Positions 11,745 through 21,654 are shown, counted from the stretch's first letter. The stretch: 64,000 bases of DNA from an uncultured delta proteobacterium (GCA_963700055.1 CAVOWH010000001.1:2199-66198), one strand, 5' to 3'. Program-made: numbers and translations. The notes: generated by a model from the sequence alone, not told the origin.

Positions 11745-11865
11745 GATAGGTTTTCCTCCTCGACTGAAAGGTTTTTCTGGCTTTCGATGGAATTTTAAAC
11801 CATCGACGGCTCTTTGGCAAATCAAACGTCGTGAAAAATCCGGATCGCTGTAGCTGAACGGCGGC

Positions 11866-12441
11866 CTAGTACCAACGCGGGGGCTGCCCCGGATAGTAGG
11901 CCGCTGCCGGCGGCGGCGGTGGTGGCGGCATAGGCACAGCCGATAAATAACGCCGCGGAGGAGGGGGCGGCGGGACATAGCGGCTGTGCGCGGTTCCCGA
12001 ATCAACAGCGGCCGGAATCTGGTTGCCTTTGGCATACATGCATTGCTGATAAGCGTTGTCGTAACGCCGCTGAACCTCCCACCCGGCCCCGTAAGCGCGG
12101 TTGTGGGCCATGGCGGAGCCTGCCAGAAGACCAGCGCCCGCGCCAATGGCGGCCCCCGGACCGACGTTTCCGGACGCCGCCCCGATCAAGGCACCTGCCG
12201 CAGCCCCCAGCAGGCCGCCTGCGACCGCCCCGCCGGCAAGGTTCTGGTTCACGGTTTCATTCGCTTGCCAACCAGTCTGGGTCTGCGCCCATTCCCGGCA
12301 GGTATAATCGTCGGCCTGAAACGCCTCGAACGATTTCCCCTGGCCGGGCATCACCATAACACTCGGGCCGGGCGGGATCGTCGCACACCCGCTGACCGCG
12401 AGCACGGCCAGCAGCAAAGCTATCCATAGCGTCCGTTTCAT
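11866..12441 (-). CDS. Glycine-zipper lipoprotein with a proline-rich C-terminus
   Basis: MKRTLWIALLLAVLAVSGC lipobox, GGAVAGGLLGAAAGALIGAASG, and C-terminal PPPPPP runs. Confidence 0.7.
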   Translation of the reverse strand: MKRTLWIALLLAVLAVSGCATIPPGPSVMVMPGQGKSFEAFQADDYTCREWAQTQTGWQANETVNQNLAGGAVAGGLLGAAAGALIGAASGNVGPGAAIGAGAGLLAGSAMAHNRAYGAGWEVQRRYDNAYQQCMYAKGNQIPAAVDSGTAHSRYVPPPPPPRRYLSAVPMPPPPPPPAAAYYPGQPPRWY

Positions 12442-12466
12442 TTTGCCCCCCTCTCTTTGAAACCTG

Positions 12467-12832
12467 TCAGCGGTCGGGAGGAACCGTTTCCGGGACCACT
12501 TTCATCCAACCCCCCGGGCAGGACTTGATATACGGGTAATACCCTTGGGGGTTGTCGCAATAATACCAAAAGTCGGACTCTGCCTGTCCGCGCTGGACGT
12601 AAACCTGCGGCTGCGAAACGATCACCGCAGGTGGGCCGTAATAGGCCGGTGCGCCGTAATAGTATCGAGGACCCCAGGCCGGCGGACCCCAATACGGCGG
12701 CGGGCCGAACCAGAAGCTGCCGCCGATGAAAACTCGCGTATTGCCATGATGTCCATTCCCGGCATGGCTGGACCAAGGCATGGCCAGGAGCAGCGCCAGC
12801 AAAAGGATGAATGCTGCAATCGCTCTTTTCAT
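12467..12832 (-). CDS. Secreted Pro/Tyr/Gly-rich small protein with the conserved C-terminal YYC...YYPY...CPGGW motif
   Basis: Signal peptide MKRAIAAFILLLALLLAMPWSSHA; FWYYCDNPQGYYPYIKSCPGGWMKVVP. Confidence 0.6.
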   Translation of the reverse strand: MKRAIAAFILLLALLLAMPWSSHAGNGHHGNTRVFIGGSFWFGPPPYWGPPAWGPRYYYGAPAYYGPPAVIVSQPQVYVQRGQAESDFWYYCDNPQGYYPYIKSCPGGWMKVVPETVPPDR

Positions 12833-13110
12833 ATCATCCGCCCTCGGGGTTTTTGCCTGGTAAGTTGCCTGACTTGCTTTTAAACCGATTAGACGAATGA
12901 ATCTGAAAAGGGTTTACAGCCTATTTGGAGGTTCATTTGATTTCAGTACGGGATTGAATCCTACGCTTTGATACCTTTCCGAAACTACCCATTACAGGGT
13001 ATGGCGAAAGCCAAAATAAAATGCTAAAATACCCAATACGTGCTGCGCATCGATCGCTCTTCGCCCGTCACGGAATTAAACTTTTTTAGAAAATAACAAA
13101 TAATAACAGA

Positions 13111-13884
13111 ATGTTGGGAAAAATAACCGGCGCCTTGATCCGCAGAGAAGCCGACGCTTACCGCTCCCAGGGGCTCCACGAGGAAGCGCTGGCGATCTTC
13201 AAGAAGAATCTCAACTCCACGCTCCAGCTTCCTGCAGATGTCAAGGAATCATTTGAGCAGCAGATTCGGCAGATCGAAGCCGAAATGGTTGGTTCTGCCG
13301 CCGATGAGCACGAGGCGCTATCTGGTGAACAAATCGCCGTTATAAGGCAGGGATGGTCTGACGATGCCTCGTTGGAAGATCTGGCTGTTTCGGCCCATGC
13401 CCTTCATGCAATGGGCTGCTGCAGCAACGCACTCGAGGAGTTCAGTTTGTTGATCCGGCGGGGATATTCCGCCCATCGCATCATTGGAGCGATGGCCCAA
13501 TGCCTGGCCAAACTGAACTCGCCTCCCAAATTGGTGGAGGCTGTCGATTGCCTGGCGGCGGAACTTTTTCAGGATGCAAAGAACAACTTCGCCTTCAAAC
13601 TCTCCCTGGCGGAGGAGATGATCAAAGCTCGATTTGTCTATCATTCGATGGTACTTAGCCGTCACTTAAGCTGCTGCACCGGCATATCCGTTTCCTATCA
13701 GGTCCGTTTGCAAGCGCTGGCGAAAAATCTCAAGTCTGTATCCCGCAAGAGACTCCTCCCGCCAGCGCGAAAAAAGGATTCTCCGCCCGCAGCCGGTCCG
13801 GCTGCCCCCTCTGGCGTTCGGCGGATCTGGGCCGCGGTCAAGGCGATCCCCGCTCGGGTGCGGTTCCCGAAAAGCGGAAGATAA
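13111..13884 (+). CDS. Hypothetical protein (helical, TPR-like)
   Basis: 257-aa ORF in an AT-rich leader context. No motif recognised. Confidence 0.45.
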   Translation: MLGKITGALIRREADAYRSQGLHEEALAIFKKNLNSTLQLPADVKESFEQQIRQIEAEMVGSAADEHEALSGEQIAVIRQGWSDDASLEDLAVSAHALHAMGCCSNALEEFSLLIRRGYSAHRIIGAMAQCLAKLNSPPKLVEAVDCLAAELFQDAKNNFAFKLSLAEEMIKARFVYHSMVLSRHLSCCTGISVSYQVRLQALAKNLKSVSRKRLLPPARKKDSPPAAGPAAPSGVRRIWAAVKAIPARVRFPKSGR

Positions 13885-13922
13885 ACCGGTTACCAACCGT
13901 CTTCCTTCCCCCGGGCCGCATT

Positions 13923-15245
13923 TCAGATTTTCTTGAAAGCCGATTTCGGGAAAAAACAATACGGGCATTCTTCCGGAGGCGTATTCCCGTAGTGCACGTG
14001 GCCGCAGATGCGGCAGCGCCAGGCGGTTACGCCTGGTTCAATGTTTACGGTGTCATGGTCGAGATGAATGGGAAGGTCCTCCAGCGGCGGCATCACCGGC
14101 TTGTAAGCGTCTAAGGCAAAGCCTGACAGAATGAGGCGCTGAACCTCGCTGGTGCCCTCGTAGATGCGGAACAATCGGCAGTCGCGCAGGATTTTCTCGA
14201 TCGGAAACATCTTGGTGTAGCCGTATCCGGCAAAGACCTGGAGCGCCTCGTTGGCCACCTCGATGGCGATTTCGGTGGCATAGAGTTTGGAAACGGAGGC
14301 GGCGATGGTGGGGTCCCGGGCCTGGTCGGCCTCCCAGGCGGCTTTCCAGACCAGTAGCCGCGCGGTTTCGACCTTCTGGTACATGTCGGCGATCTTGTGC
14401 TGAATGGCCTGGAAGTTGGCGATGGTGGTGCCGAAGGCCTGCCGCCGCTTGGCGTAGTCGATGGCGAACTCCATGGCCGAGCGTGCCGCACCCACGGCAA
14501 AGGCGCCGATCGCCGGCCGGGTGCGCGCGAAGGTCTTCATGGCCAGCGCAAACCCTTCTCCGGGAGGGGCCAGCACATTTTCCTTTGGGACCCGCACGTT
14601 CTCGAGGTGGATGCCCACCGTGTTCGACCCGCGCTGGCCGAGCTTGGGGATGCGGCGCCCGATCGAAACCCCCTGCCAGGCTTTTTCGACGATGAACGCG
14701 CAGATCCCGTCGTGTTTCTGCGCCGGGTCGGCCGTGGCGAAGATGGACATGTAGTCGGCCAGCCCGCCGTTGGTGATCCAGTATTTGGTCCCGTTGAGGA
14801 CATAGTCATCGCCGTCGCGTCGGGCGAGGCAGCGGATGCCGGAGACATCCGAGCCCATGGTGGGCTCGGAGGTGGCAAAGCAAATGAGTTTGAAGTTTTT
14901 TACGATCGCGCCGAAGTATTTCTTCTTGAGTTCGGTATTGGCCGAAAGACGCAGAGGCTCCATGCCGAGCGAGTTGTCGAAGATGGAGGTGGCCATCCCG
15001 GCGCAGGCGGCGGCCAGCTCCTCGGTGATCAGGACGTACTCCACCAGGCCATAGCCCCTGCCGCCGTATTCCTTCGGGATATCGGCGTTCATGATGCCCG
15101 CCTCCCACGCCTTGCGCAGGACGGGCAGGGGCGTGTCGTCGACCGCATCGTAATGCCAGGCGACGGGCAGAATTTCCCTCAACGCAAACTCCCGAGACGT
15201 TTTCCGGATTTCGAGCTGTTCCGGCGTCAAATCAAAACCAAGCAT
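13923..15245 (-). CDS. Acyl-CoA dehydrogenase with a C-terminal rubredoxin-like 4-Cys domain
   Basis: ACAD motifs (FATSEPTMGSDVSG, IYEGTSEVQRLIL), then WRCRICGHVHYGNTPPEECPYCFFP. GGAGGG RBS precedes the ATG at 15245 (MLGFDLTPEQ). Confidence 0.85.
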   Translation of the reverse strand: MLGFDLTPEQLEIRKTSREFALREILPVAWHYDAVDDTPLPVLRKAWEAGIMNADIPKEYGGRGYGLVEYVLITEELAAACAGMATSIFDNSLGMEPLRLSANTELKKKYFGAIVKNFKLICFATSEPTMGSDVSGIRCLARRDGDDYVLNGTKYWITNGGLADYMSIFATADPAQKHDGICAFIVEKAWQGVSIGRRIPKLGQRGSNTVGIHLENVRVPKENVLAPPGEGFALAMKTFARTRPAIGAFAVGAARSAMEFAIDYAKRRQAFGTTIANFQAIQHKIADMYQKVETARLLVWKAAWEADQARDPTIAASVSKLYATEIAIEVANEALQVFAGYGYTKMFPIEKILRDCRLFRIYEGTSEVQRLILSGFALDAYKPVMPPLEDLPIHLDHDTVNIEPGVTAWRCRICGHVHYGNTPPEECPYCFFPKSAFKKI

Positions 15246-15409
15246 GGCGATTCCCTCCGGTAGCGTGATTGGAAAATATGTCTCGCATTTATATCGAATG
15301 GATATGAGCAACGCAAGGCCGCTGCCGCGGAGCGGGCGCCGGGATGGACAACCTGCGAGGTTCGTGTTACACACTCGCGCTCGCGAGTTTGACGCTCCGG
15401 AATCCTCTG

Positions 15410-16291
15410 ATGCTTATCACCTATATCAAGCTTTTGTTGATGGCTGTCTTTTGGGGCGGAACCTTCATCGCCGGAAGAAGACTGGCTGCGGAGGTCGGGC
15501 CTTTTTCCGGCGCATTCCTGCGGTTTCTGATCGCCTCGATCTTCCTGGTTGCGTTTACCTTCCGGATCGAACGGAGACTTCCCCTACCGAAGCAGCGTCA
15601 TCTCATCCCGCTTTTCGTCATGGGCATGACCGGGGTTTTTCTGTACAACGTATTCTTCCTGAAAGGGCTCAAACTGATCGAGGCCGGCCGCGCCTCGATC
15701 ATCATTGCCAATAACCCGATCTTCATCGCGGTCATGTCCGCCTTGATTTTTGGCGACCGCCTCAACCTGCTGAAGGTGGCGGGCATCCTGGTCTCGGTCA
15801 GCGGCGCCGTCACCGTGATCACGCGCGGTGAGTTTTTAGCGGGGCTGGGGGGCGGCGTGGGGTGGGGGGAGCTGTTCATTTTCGGGTGCGTGGCCAGCTG
15901 GGTGGCCTATTCCCTGCTCGGCAAGTCCGTGATGTCCGACCTGTCGCCGCTGGTGGCGGTGACTTACAGTTCGGTGATCGGTGCGGTGTGTCTTTTCCCT
16001 TCAGCGGTGATGGAAGGCCTTCGGGATTGCGGGGGCTATTCGTTGGCGGCGTGGGCCAGCGTCTTCTACTTGGGTTTTTTTGGGACCGTGCTCGGCTTTG
16101 TCTGGTACTATGAGGGAATAAAGCGCATCGGGCCGGTGCGGGCGGGGCTTTTTATTAATTTCGTACCGGTCAGTGCCGTCTTGCTGGCGTTTCTGATCCT
16201 GGACGAACCGCTCTCGCTTTCACTTTTAATCGGGACCGTTCTCGTGTCTTCAGGCGTGTACCTGACCACCCTCGGATCCCGCCGCGCCTAA
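15410..16291 (+). CDS. EamA/DMT-family transporter
   Basis: 10-TM protein with two EamA halves. Start taken at MLITYIKLLLMAVFWGGTFIAGR. Confidence 0.8.
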   Translation: MLITYIKLLLMAVFWGGTFIAGRRLAAEVGPFSGAFLRFLIASIFLVAFTFRIERRLPLPKQRHLIPLFVMGMTGVFLYNVFFLKGLKLIEAGRASIIIANNPIFIAVMSALIFGDRLNLLKVAGILVSVSGAVTVITRGEFLAGLGGGVGWGELFIFGCVASWVAYSLLGKSVMSDLSPLVAVTYSSVIGAVCLFPSAVMEGLRDCGGYSLAAWASVFYLGFFGTVLGFVWYYEGIKRIGPVRAGLFINFVPVSAVLLAFLILDEPLSLSLLIGTVLVSSGVYLTTLGSRRA

Positions 16292-16351
16292 CTTATACTC
16301 CTCGGGTCGTGAGGACCGCGCTTCCGCGGGGAAGCGCAAGGAATACACCTG

Positions 16352-16699
16352 TCAGGAGCGGCAGCTCACTGCGATCACATATACGATTCGATGGACCTTC
16401 TGATCTCCTCGCGTCCCCGGAAGACCCCGAAATGCCACCACCTTGCAGCCATAGCGACGGCGCACGGCCTCGGCCCCACCGGTGTGATCGAAATGCGAGT
16501 GGGTGAGGAAGAGGCGGGTGATCGGCGCATTTCCCGGAATGGCCCCGGCGATATGATCAAACAAAGCCTGGCTGCCGCTCACGCAGCCGGCGTCGATCAG
16601 GGCCGCCGCCTCGCCAAAGCGGATCAGGTAAATCGTCGCGTCCTCGACCGCGGTCAGCCCCGAGCCTCCCACCTGCCACACCCTCTCCGTAATTTGCAT
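16352..16699 (-). pseudogene. MBL-fold metallo-hydrolase, truncated to about 115 codons
   Basis: MQITERVWQVGG...ALIDAGC...LFLTHSHFDHTGGAEAV (HxHxDH motif), then loss of similarity and a stop abutting the EamA gene end. Confidence 0.55.
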
Positions 16700-16781
16700 C
16701 GTTCCTCCGATGGCGCTTTGCATTTCAAGCATGTGTATTATATTGGATGGCCAAGTTGAGACGCAAGACCATTGAAGGAGG

Positions 16782-17168
16782 ATGAACCCCATGACGTTGA
16801 GAGGCTACTTTGAAGATAAAAAGGGTATAGGGGTTTTGGCAACGGCCGACAGCACCGGCAAGGTGGATGCCGCCATCTACTCGCGTCCACATTTCATGGA
16901 GGACGGCAGCATCGCATTCATCATGCGCGACCGGCTGACCCACCATAACCTGCAGTCCAACCCCCACGCCACATTTCTTTTCATCGAAAAGGGACCCGGC
17001 TACGAGGGCAAGCGGTTGTTTCTCAAAAAAGTGCGCGAAGAGCAGAACCCCGAGCTGATCCAAGAGATCAAACGCAGGAAGTACACCGACGATAACGAGG
17101 AGCCCAAATTTCTGGTTTATTTCAAACTGGAAAAAGAGCTGCCGCTGATCGGGGGCGGCCCGCAGTGA
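16782..17168 (+). CDS. Pyridoxamine 5'-phosphate oxidase-like FMN-binding protein
   Basis: GVLATADSTGKVDAAIYSRPHF...THHNLQSNPHATFLF; GAAGGAGG RBS. Confidence 0.7.
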   Translation: MNPMTLRGYFEDKKGIGVLATADSTGKVDAAIYSRPHFMEDGSIAFIMRDRLTHHNLQSNPHATFLFIEKGPGYEGKRLFLKKVREEQNPELIQEIKRRKYTDDNEEPKFLVYFKLEKELPLIGGGPQ

Positions 17169-17174
17169 TACGAG

Positions 17175-17636
17175 GAGTTTCCGTTGGGCCGATTTCATCC
17201 CCTTCGCGCACGGCATCGGTCTGATCGGCCAAGTATACAACGATCGGCTCCAGCCGGACGACCCTTATGATTTTGCGGGCCTGTTGACCCATACCGACAT
17301 GGCGAGCCTGGAGCGCAACCGGCCGCACGAGGCGTTGGCGGATCAGGTGCGGCGCAGGCCCGATCTGGCCGATTGCCTGAGGATGCGCGACGACGACAAC
17401 ATCCATCTCGGTCGGATCGAATCCCACCTGGCTGCGGCCGTATGACGTTCGTGGTGCCGTTGGCTGCCGCCGTGGTGGAGCGCCGCGGCGGCATGCTGAT
17501 CCACGGGGCGATCATCGCCAGGGAGTACGGCCTGCCCTGCGTCACCGGAATCCCCGCTTCCACCTCCCTGGTTCAGACCGGGGACCTGCTCACGGTGAAC
17601 GGGTATCTGGGCATCGTCACCATCGGATCCGGGTAA
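17175..17636 (+). pseudogene. Remnant of a PEP-utilising enzyme (mobile-domain C-terminus only)
   Basis: GGMLIHGAIIAREYGLPCVTGIP in ORF 17373..17636. The upstream piece is in another frame, and the N-terminal ATP-grasp part is absent. Confidence 0.6.
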
Positions 17637-17648
17637 CTTTGACGGGCT

Positions 17649-18077
17649 TCATGCAAGGGTGGCGTGATGGGCTTCGGTCAGCCCCTTGAGCAGTAGGAAG
17701 GATCTGATCGATACACGAAGAATCCCGTTGTCGATGTGCGCGAGGAAGTCTTTGAGATGGGGGTGAATCGACAGCAGTCGGGTCCGGGCGAGCTGTTTCT
17801 GGGAGTCATCTTCGATCAACGCGCAGGTCCCCTCGACGGTGAGCGCCCGGGCCCGGGAGCGGGGGGCGTCTTCGCGGGTGTCGATCATGAGGCTCACGGC
17901 CGGGTTTTCCAACAGGTTCCTGAACTTCTTCGTCGAACGGTGGGTCGCCATGTAGATCTCGGTGCAATCGTCATTCGCGGCGTAGGCCATGAGCGAGCAG
18001 TAAGGCTTGTTGCCGGCGATGGTCGCCAGAACACATATGTTTCTTTCCTTTACCAACTGCTTCATTTCTGCCAACAT
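17649..18077 (-). CDS. Pyridoxamine 5'-phosphate oxidase family protein
   Basis: ICVLATIAGNKPYCSLMAY...NPAVSLMID; GGGAGG RBS precedes the ATG at 18077. Confidence 0.65.
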   Translation of the reverse strand: MLAEMKQLVKERNICVLATIAGNKPYCSLMAYAANDDCTEIYMATHRSTKKFRNLLENPAVSLMIDTREDAPRSRARALTVEGTCALIEDDSQKQLARTRLLSIHPHLKDFLAHIDNGILRVSIRSFLLLKGLTEAHHATLA

Positions 18078-18245
18078 GACCGCCTCCCGGGTTTTAGATG
18101 ATGCTATCCTTTTTAGCACCTTTCTGCTATCGATGGAACGCCCATCCCGGTGACGCTCGTCGCCCGTCTCTCCGGTCGTTGACGTTCAATCGATTGACCG
18201 GTGGCGGGCCGGCCTGCAACTTGTTGTCTCCCAAGGAGCCTTATC

Positions 18246-19196
18246 ATGGAAAACCGGATCAGGATCGGAGTCAGCGCATGCCTTCTCGGCCAGCCGGTGC
18301 GTTTCGACGGCAGCCACAAACACGACCGCTACCTCACGGGTACGCTCGGTGAATACCTGGAGTTCGTGCCGGTGTGCCCCGAGGTGGAGGCCGGCTTCCC
18401 CATCCCTCGTGAAACCTTCCGCCTGGTGGGCGATCCGGAAAACCCGCGTTTCGTCACCACGCGCAGCCAGGTGGACCACACCGAGCGTATGGCCGCCTGG
18501 GCCGAGAAGCGCGTCCGTGAGCTTGAAAAGGAAAACCTGTGCGGATTTATCTTCAAAAGCGATTCCCCGAGCAGCGGCCTGGAACGAGTCAAGGTTTACA
18601 ACGCCAAGGGCATGGCGGAAAAGAAAGGCGTGGGCATGTTTGCCCGCGCGTTCACACGGCACTTTCCCATGCTGCCGGTGGAAGAGGAGGGCCGTCTCAA
18701 CGACGCCAAGCTCAGGGAGACCTTCATCGAACAGATCTTCACCCTGAAGCGCTGGCGAGAGACGCTGGCCCAGCCGGCGAACATGAAAAACCTGGTCGAT
18801 TTCCACACCCGCCACAAGTTGCTTGTCCTGGCGCACAGCCCGGCGCATGCCAAGCTCATGGGGAAGCTGGTCGCCGAGGGCAAGCGCATGCCGATCCGGG
18901 CGGTCTACACCGACTACGAGCGGTTGCTCATTGAAGCCCTGCGGTTGAAGACCACTCTCAAAAAGAATATGAACGTCCTGCAGCACATCATGGGCTACTT
19001 CAAGCAGCAGCTCACCGCCGACGAAAAGCAGGAGTTGCTGGAGGTCCTGGACCAATACCGCAAGGAGAATCTCCCGCTGATCGTGCCGGTCACCCTGCTG
19101 AACCACTACGTGCGCAAGTACGACCAGCCCTACCTCAAACAGCAGGTCTACCTGAACCCGCACCCGGTGACGCTGAAACTGAGAAATCATGCCTGA
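18246..19196 (+). CDS. DUF523-DUF1722 (YbgA-like) fusion protein
   Basis: IRIGVSACLLGQPVRFDGSHK (DUF523) and HKLLVLAHSP...YMGYFK-type C-half (DUF1722). This family is classically linked to photolyase genes, and one lies 4 kb downstream. Confidence 0.75.
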   Translation: MENRIRIGVSACLLGQPVRFDGSHKHDRYLTGTLGEYLEFVPVCPEVEAGFPIPRETFRLVGDPENPRFVTTRSQVDHTERMAAWAEKRVRELEKENLCGFIFKSDSPSSGLERVKVYNAKGMAEKKGVGMFARAFTRHFPMLPVEEEGRLNDAKLRETFIEQIFTLKRWRETLAQPANMKNLVDFHTRHKLLVLAHSPAHAKLMGKLVAEGKRMPIRAVYTDYERLLIEALRLKTTLKKNMNVLQHIMGYFKQQLTADEKQELLEVLDQYRKENLPLIVPVTLLNHYVRKYDQPYLKQQVYLNPHPVTLKLRNHA

Positions 19197-19211
19197 CATG
19201 GAGCGTGCCGA

Positions 19212-19518
19212 ATGATTGATATTTTTCTGGGCCCCAAGCGGTATGTGCAGCGTCCCGGGGCCCTGGCCGACGCGGGCACGGAGCTGAAGGCCTTCGGCCG
19301 CCGGCCCATGATCCTGGCGGACGCGCTCGTTGGCTCTATCCTGCGCCCCTGGAGGAGCTGGGGATTGACGGCGTGGAGGAGCCGCTTTTTAGGGAAGGGC
19401 TCCGCCGGACCTGCGCCAAGGGAAGCTCCGCCCACCGCCTGCCCCTCCCGGTCGACGAAAAGAGACTTCTGCGCGCCATCCGGGAAGGGGAGGAGCGGGT
19501 AAGGCAAATGAGAAAATG
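19212..19518 (+). pseudogene. Glycerol-dehydrogenase-like (Fe-ADH family) gene with a large internal deletion
   Basis: N-terminus PKRYVQRPGALADAGTELKAFGRRPMILADALV is joined (with a frame change) to a C-terminal tail LEELGIDGVEEPL...LPLPVDEKRLLRAIREGE. Its TGA overlaps the next gene's ATG (ATGA at 19516). Confidence 0.5.
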
Positions 19519-21069
19519 AATTCATCCGCACCCATTCTCGTCACCGGCGCCACCGGGTACGTCGGCGGGCGCCTGATTCCGGCCCTGCTTCAGGCAGGCT
19601 ATCGCGTGCGGGCCATGGGCCGGTCGGTCGAAAAACTGGCCATCCGCCCCTGGGCCCGCCATCCCAACGTGGAAGTTGTCAAGGGCGACGTGCTCGACGC
19701 TGCCTCCCTTGAGGTTGCCGCCGCCGGCTGCGGCGTCGTCTACTATCTGGTGCATTCGATGATCGCCCAGAAGGGCCGGTTCGCGGAGGCTGACCGTGCC
19801 GGTGCACGTAACATGGTGGCGGCGGCAGAAGCCGCGGGCCTCCAGCGCATAATCTACCTGGGCGGGCTGGCCGAAGCGAAACACGGGAGCCTGAGCGAGC
19901 ACCTCGCCTCGCGCATCGAAGTGGCCAGGATCCTGCAATCCGGCCGGGTGCCGACCACCGACCTGCGTGCGCCCATGATCGTCGGCTCGGGCAGCGCCTC
20001 CTTTGAAATCATGCGCTACCTGGTCGAGCACCTTCCGATCATGACCACGCCCCGCTGGGTGCGATCTCTGAACCAGCCGATCGCCATCAGCAACGTCATC
20101 GGGTACCTGGCCGGCTGCCTGGAGCACCCGGAGACCACCGGGGAAGCTTACGACATCGGCGGGCCCGACATCATGACCTATCAGCGGCTGCTCGAGATCT
20201 ACGCCGAGGAGGCCGGTCTGCGGAAGCGGGTCATCATCCCGGTGCCGGTGTTGACGCCGACCCTGAGCGCCTACTGGATCCGATTCATCAGCCCGGTGCC
20301 GACCGCGATTGCGCTGCCGCTGACCGAGGGGTTGACCAGCGATGCCGTGTGCCGCGACGAGCGCATCCGCGGGATCATTCCCCAGCAGCTGCTCACCTGC
20401 CGGGAGGCCATCCGCATTGCCTTGCAGCGGGTCAAGCAGGAACGATTGGACACCTGCTGGTCGGAGAGCGGCACGCTTCTGCCCTTTGAGTGGCCCTATC
20501 GCGGAGACGCAGACTATGCCGGCGGTACGCGCTTTGTTGCCGCTTATCGGGTTGTCGCTGCCGCCGCCGCCGAGGACATCTGGCGGCATGTCGGTCGTAT
20601 CGGTGGGAAGAACGGGTATTACTACGCCGACACGCTTTGGCGACTGCGGGGATTGATCGACCGTATTTTCGGCGGCCGGGGCATCCAAGCCGCCCGGCCG
20701 CCCGGGAATGAGCTGCGGGCGGGGGACACCCTGGACTTCTGGCGGGTGCTGGAAACGGAACCGCCGCGTCATTTGCAGCTTTTGTCGGAGATGAAAGCGC
20801 CGGGTGACGCATTGCTTGATTTCACGATCAATCCGCTCGGCGAAAAGCGCTGCGAACTCCAGCTGACGTCGCGTTTCCTGCCCCGGGGTCTGGCTGGCAT
20901 TCTCTATTGGTATGCATTTTTCGCTTTTCATCACATGATTTTCCGCGGCATGCTGGCGGGAATCATTCGCGTTGCCGGCACCCCCCTGACACGAGGACCG
21001 GAGCGCTGGCAGCCGCCGGAGAAAGACGCGTGTTTCCTGACGAAAACCCATCCCACATTCAAGATCTGA
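19516..21069 (+). CDS. NAD(P)-binding SDR-family protein with a DUF2867-like C-terminal domain
   Basis: ILVTGATGYVGGRLIPALLQAGYRVRAMGRS Rossmann N-terminus; 517 aa, intact. Confidence 0.75.
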   Translation: MNSSAPILVTGATGYVGGRLIPALLQAGYRVRAMGRSVEKLAIRPWARHPNVEVVKGDVLDAASLEVAAAGCGVVYYLVHSMIAQKGRFAEADRAGARNMVAAAEAAGLQRIIYLGGLAEAKHGSLSEHLASRIEVARILQSGRVPTTDLRAPMIVGSGSASFEIMRYLVEHLPIMTTPRWVRSLNQPIAISNVIGYLAGCLEHPETTGEAYDIGGPDIMTYQRLLEIYAEEAGLRKRVIIPVPVLTPTLSAYWIRFISPVPTAIALPLTEGLTSDAVCRDERIRGIIPQQLLTCREAIRIALQRVKQERLDTCWSESGTLLPFEWPYRGDADYAGGTRFVAAYRVVAAAAAEDIWRHVGRIGGKNGYYYADTLWRLRGLIDRIFGGRGIQAARPPGNELRAGDTLDFWRVLETEPPRHLQLLSEMKAPGDALLDFTINPLGEKRCELQLTSRFLPRGLAGILYWYAFFAFHHMIFRGMLAGIIRVAGTPLTRGPERWQPPEKDACFLTKTHPTFKI

Positions 21070-21083
21070 ATATTCTCATCACC

Positions 21084-21120
21084 AAAAGGCAACCCGTTAT
21101 GCGTTGCCTTTTTTGTTTTC
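21084..21120 (+). terminator. Rho-independent terminator
   Basis: AAAAGGCAAC-ccgttatgc-GTTGCCTTTT followed by TTGTTTTCTTTT. Confidence 0.75.
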
Positions 21121-21186
21121 TTTTGCCAGAATACCCGCAGCCGTGCCCGTGCCCCTAAAAACCTCGTTCGCTGTGATACGCCGGTC

Positions 21187-21654
21187 ATGAAACTTTACAG
21201 CTTGGTTCGGACTCAACATCTGCCGATCCTCCTCGATCAGGCGTGGCTGTTTTTTACCGATCCCTACAACCTGCTCAAGATCACCCCCGCCTGGCTCGAC
21301 TTCCGCATCGTCAGCGGCTCGGGGGCAAGGCTTTATCCCGGGATGATCATCTCGTTCCATGTCAGCCCGCTTTTCAACTTTAAATACTTATGGGTTACGG
21401 AGATCACCCAGGTCAATGCGCCGCATTTCTTCGTGGATGAAATGCGCTTTGGACCTTACCGATTCTGGCATCACCAACACCGCTTCTCCAAAAATCAAAA
21501 CGGCGTGACCGTCGAAGACATCATTCATTACGCCATAAAGGGATGGCCCTTCGGGCAACTGCTGAACCGCGTGCTCGTTCGACCGAAGTTGAACGAGATA
21601 TTCGCTTTCCGGAGCCGCACGCTTGATATGCTCTTTGCTTCCCAATCTCAATGA
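21187..21654 (+). CDS. SRPBCC (cyclase/dehydrase-like) family protein
   Basis: 155 aa; FGPYRFWHHQHRF motif typical of the SRPBCC family commonly found beside DUF2867/SDR genes. Confidence 0.6.
   Translation: MKLYSLVRTQHLPILLDQAWLFFTDPYNLLKITPAWLDFRIVSGSGARLYPGMIISFHVSPLFNFKYLWVTEITQVNAPHFFVDEMRFGPYRFWHHQHRFSKNQNGVTVEDIIHYAIKGWPFGQLLNRVLVRPKLNEIFAFRSRTLDMLFASQSQ

Noticed and set aside
11088-12146. Long 352-aa version of the OmpA-like ORF (and likewise the 483-aa version of the ACAD gene and the 554-aa version of oleD)
   Set aside because: The N-terminal extensions are Arg/Pro-rich, overlap the upstream gene or intergenic DNA, and lack an RBS. Internal ATGs with strong Shine-Dalgarno sites and proper signal or Rossmann N-termini were preferred.
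18186-19199. 337-aa minus-strand ORF covering the whole DUF523-DUF1722 gene
   Set aside because: It is antisense to a gene with clear family motifs. Its product is dominated by R/G/V/H/L/Q with no motif, which is the usual shadow ORF of GC-rich DNA.
19522-21051. 509-aa minus-strand ORF antisense to the SDR/DUF2867 gene
   Set aside because: It has an Arg/Gly/Pro/Ala-rich composition, no recognisable domain, and exact co-extension with the plus-strand gene. It is a GC-driven open frame.
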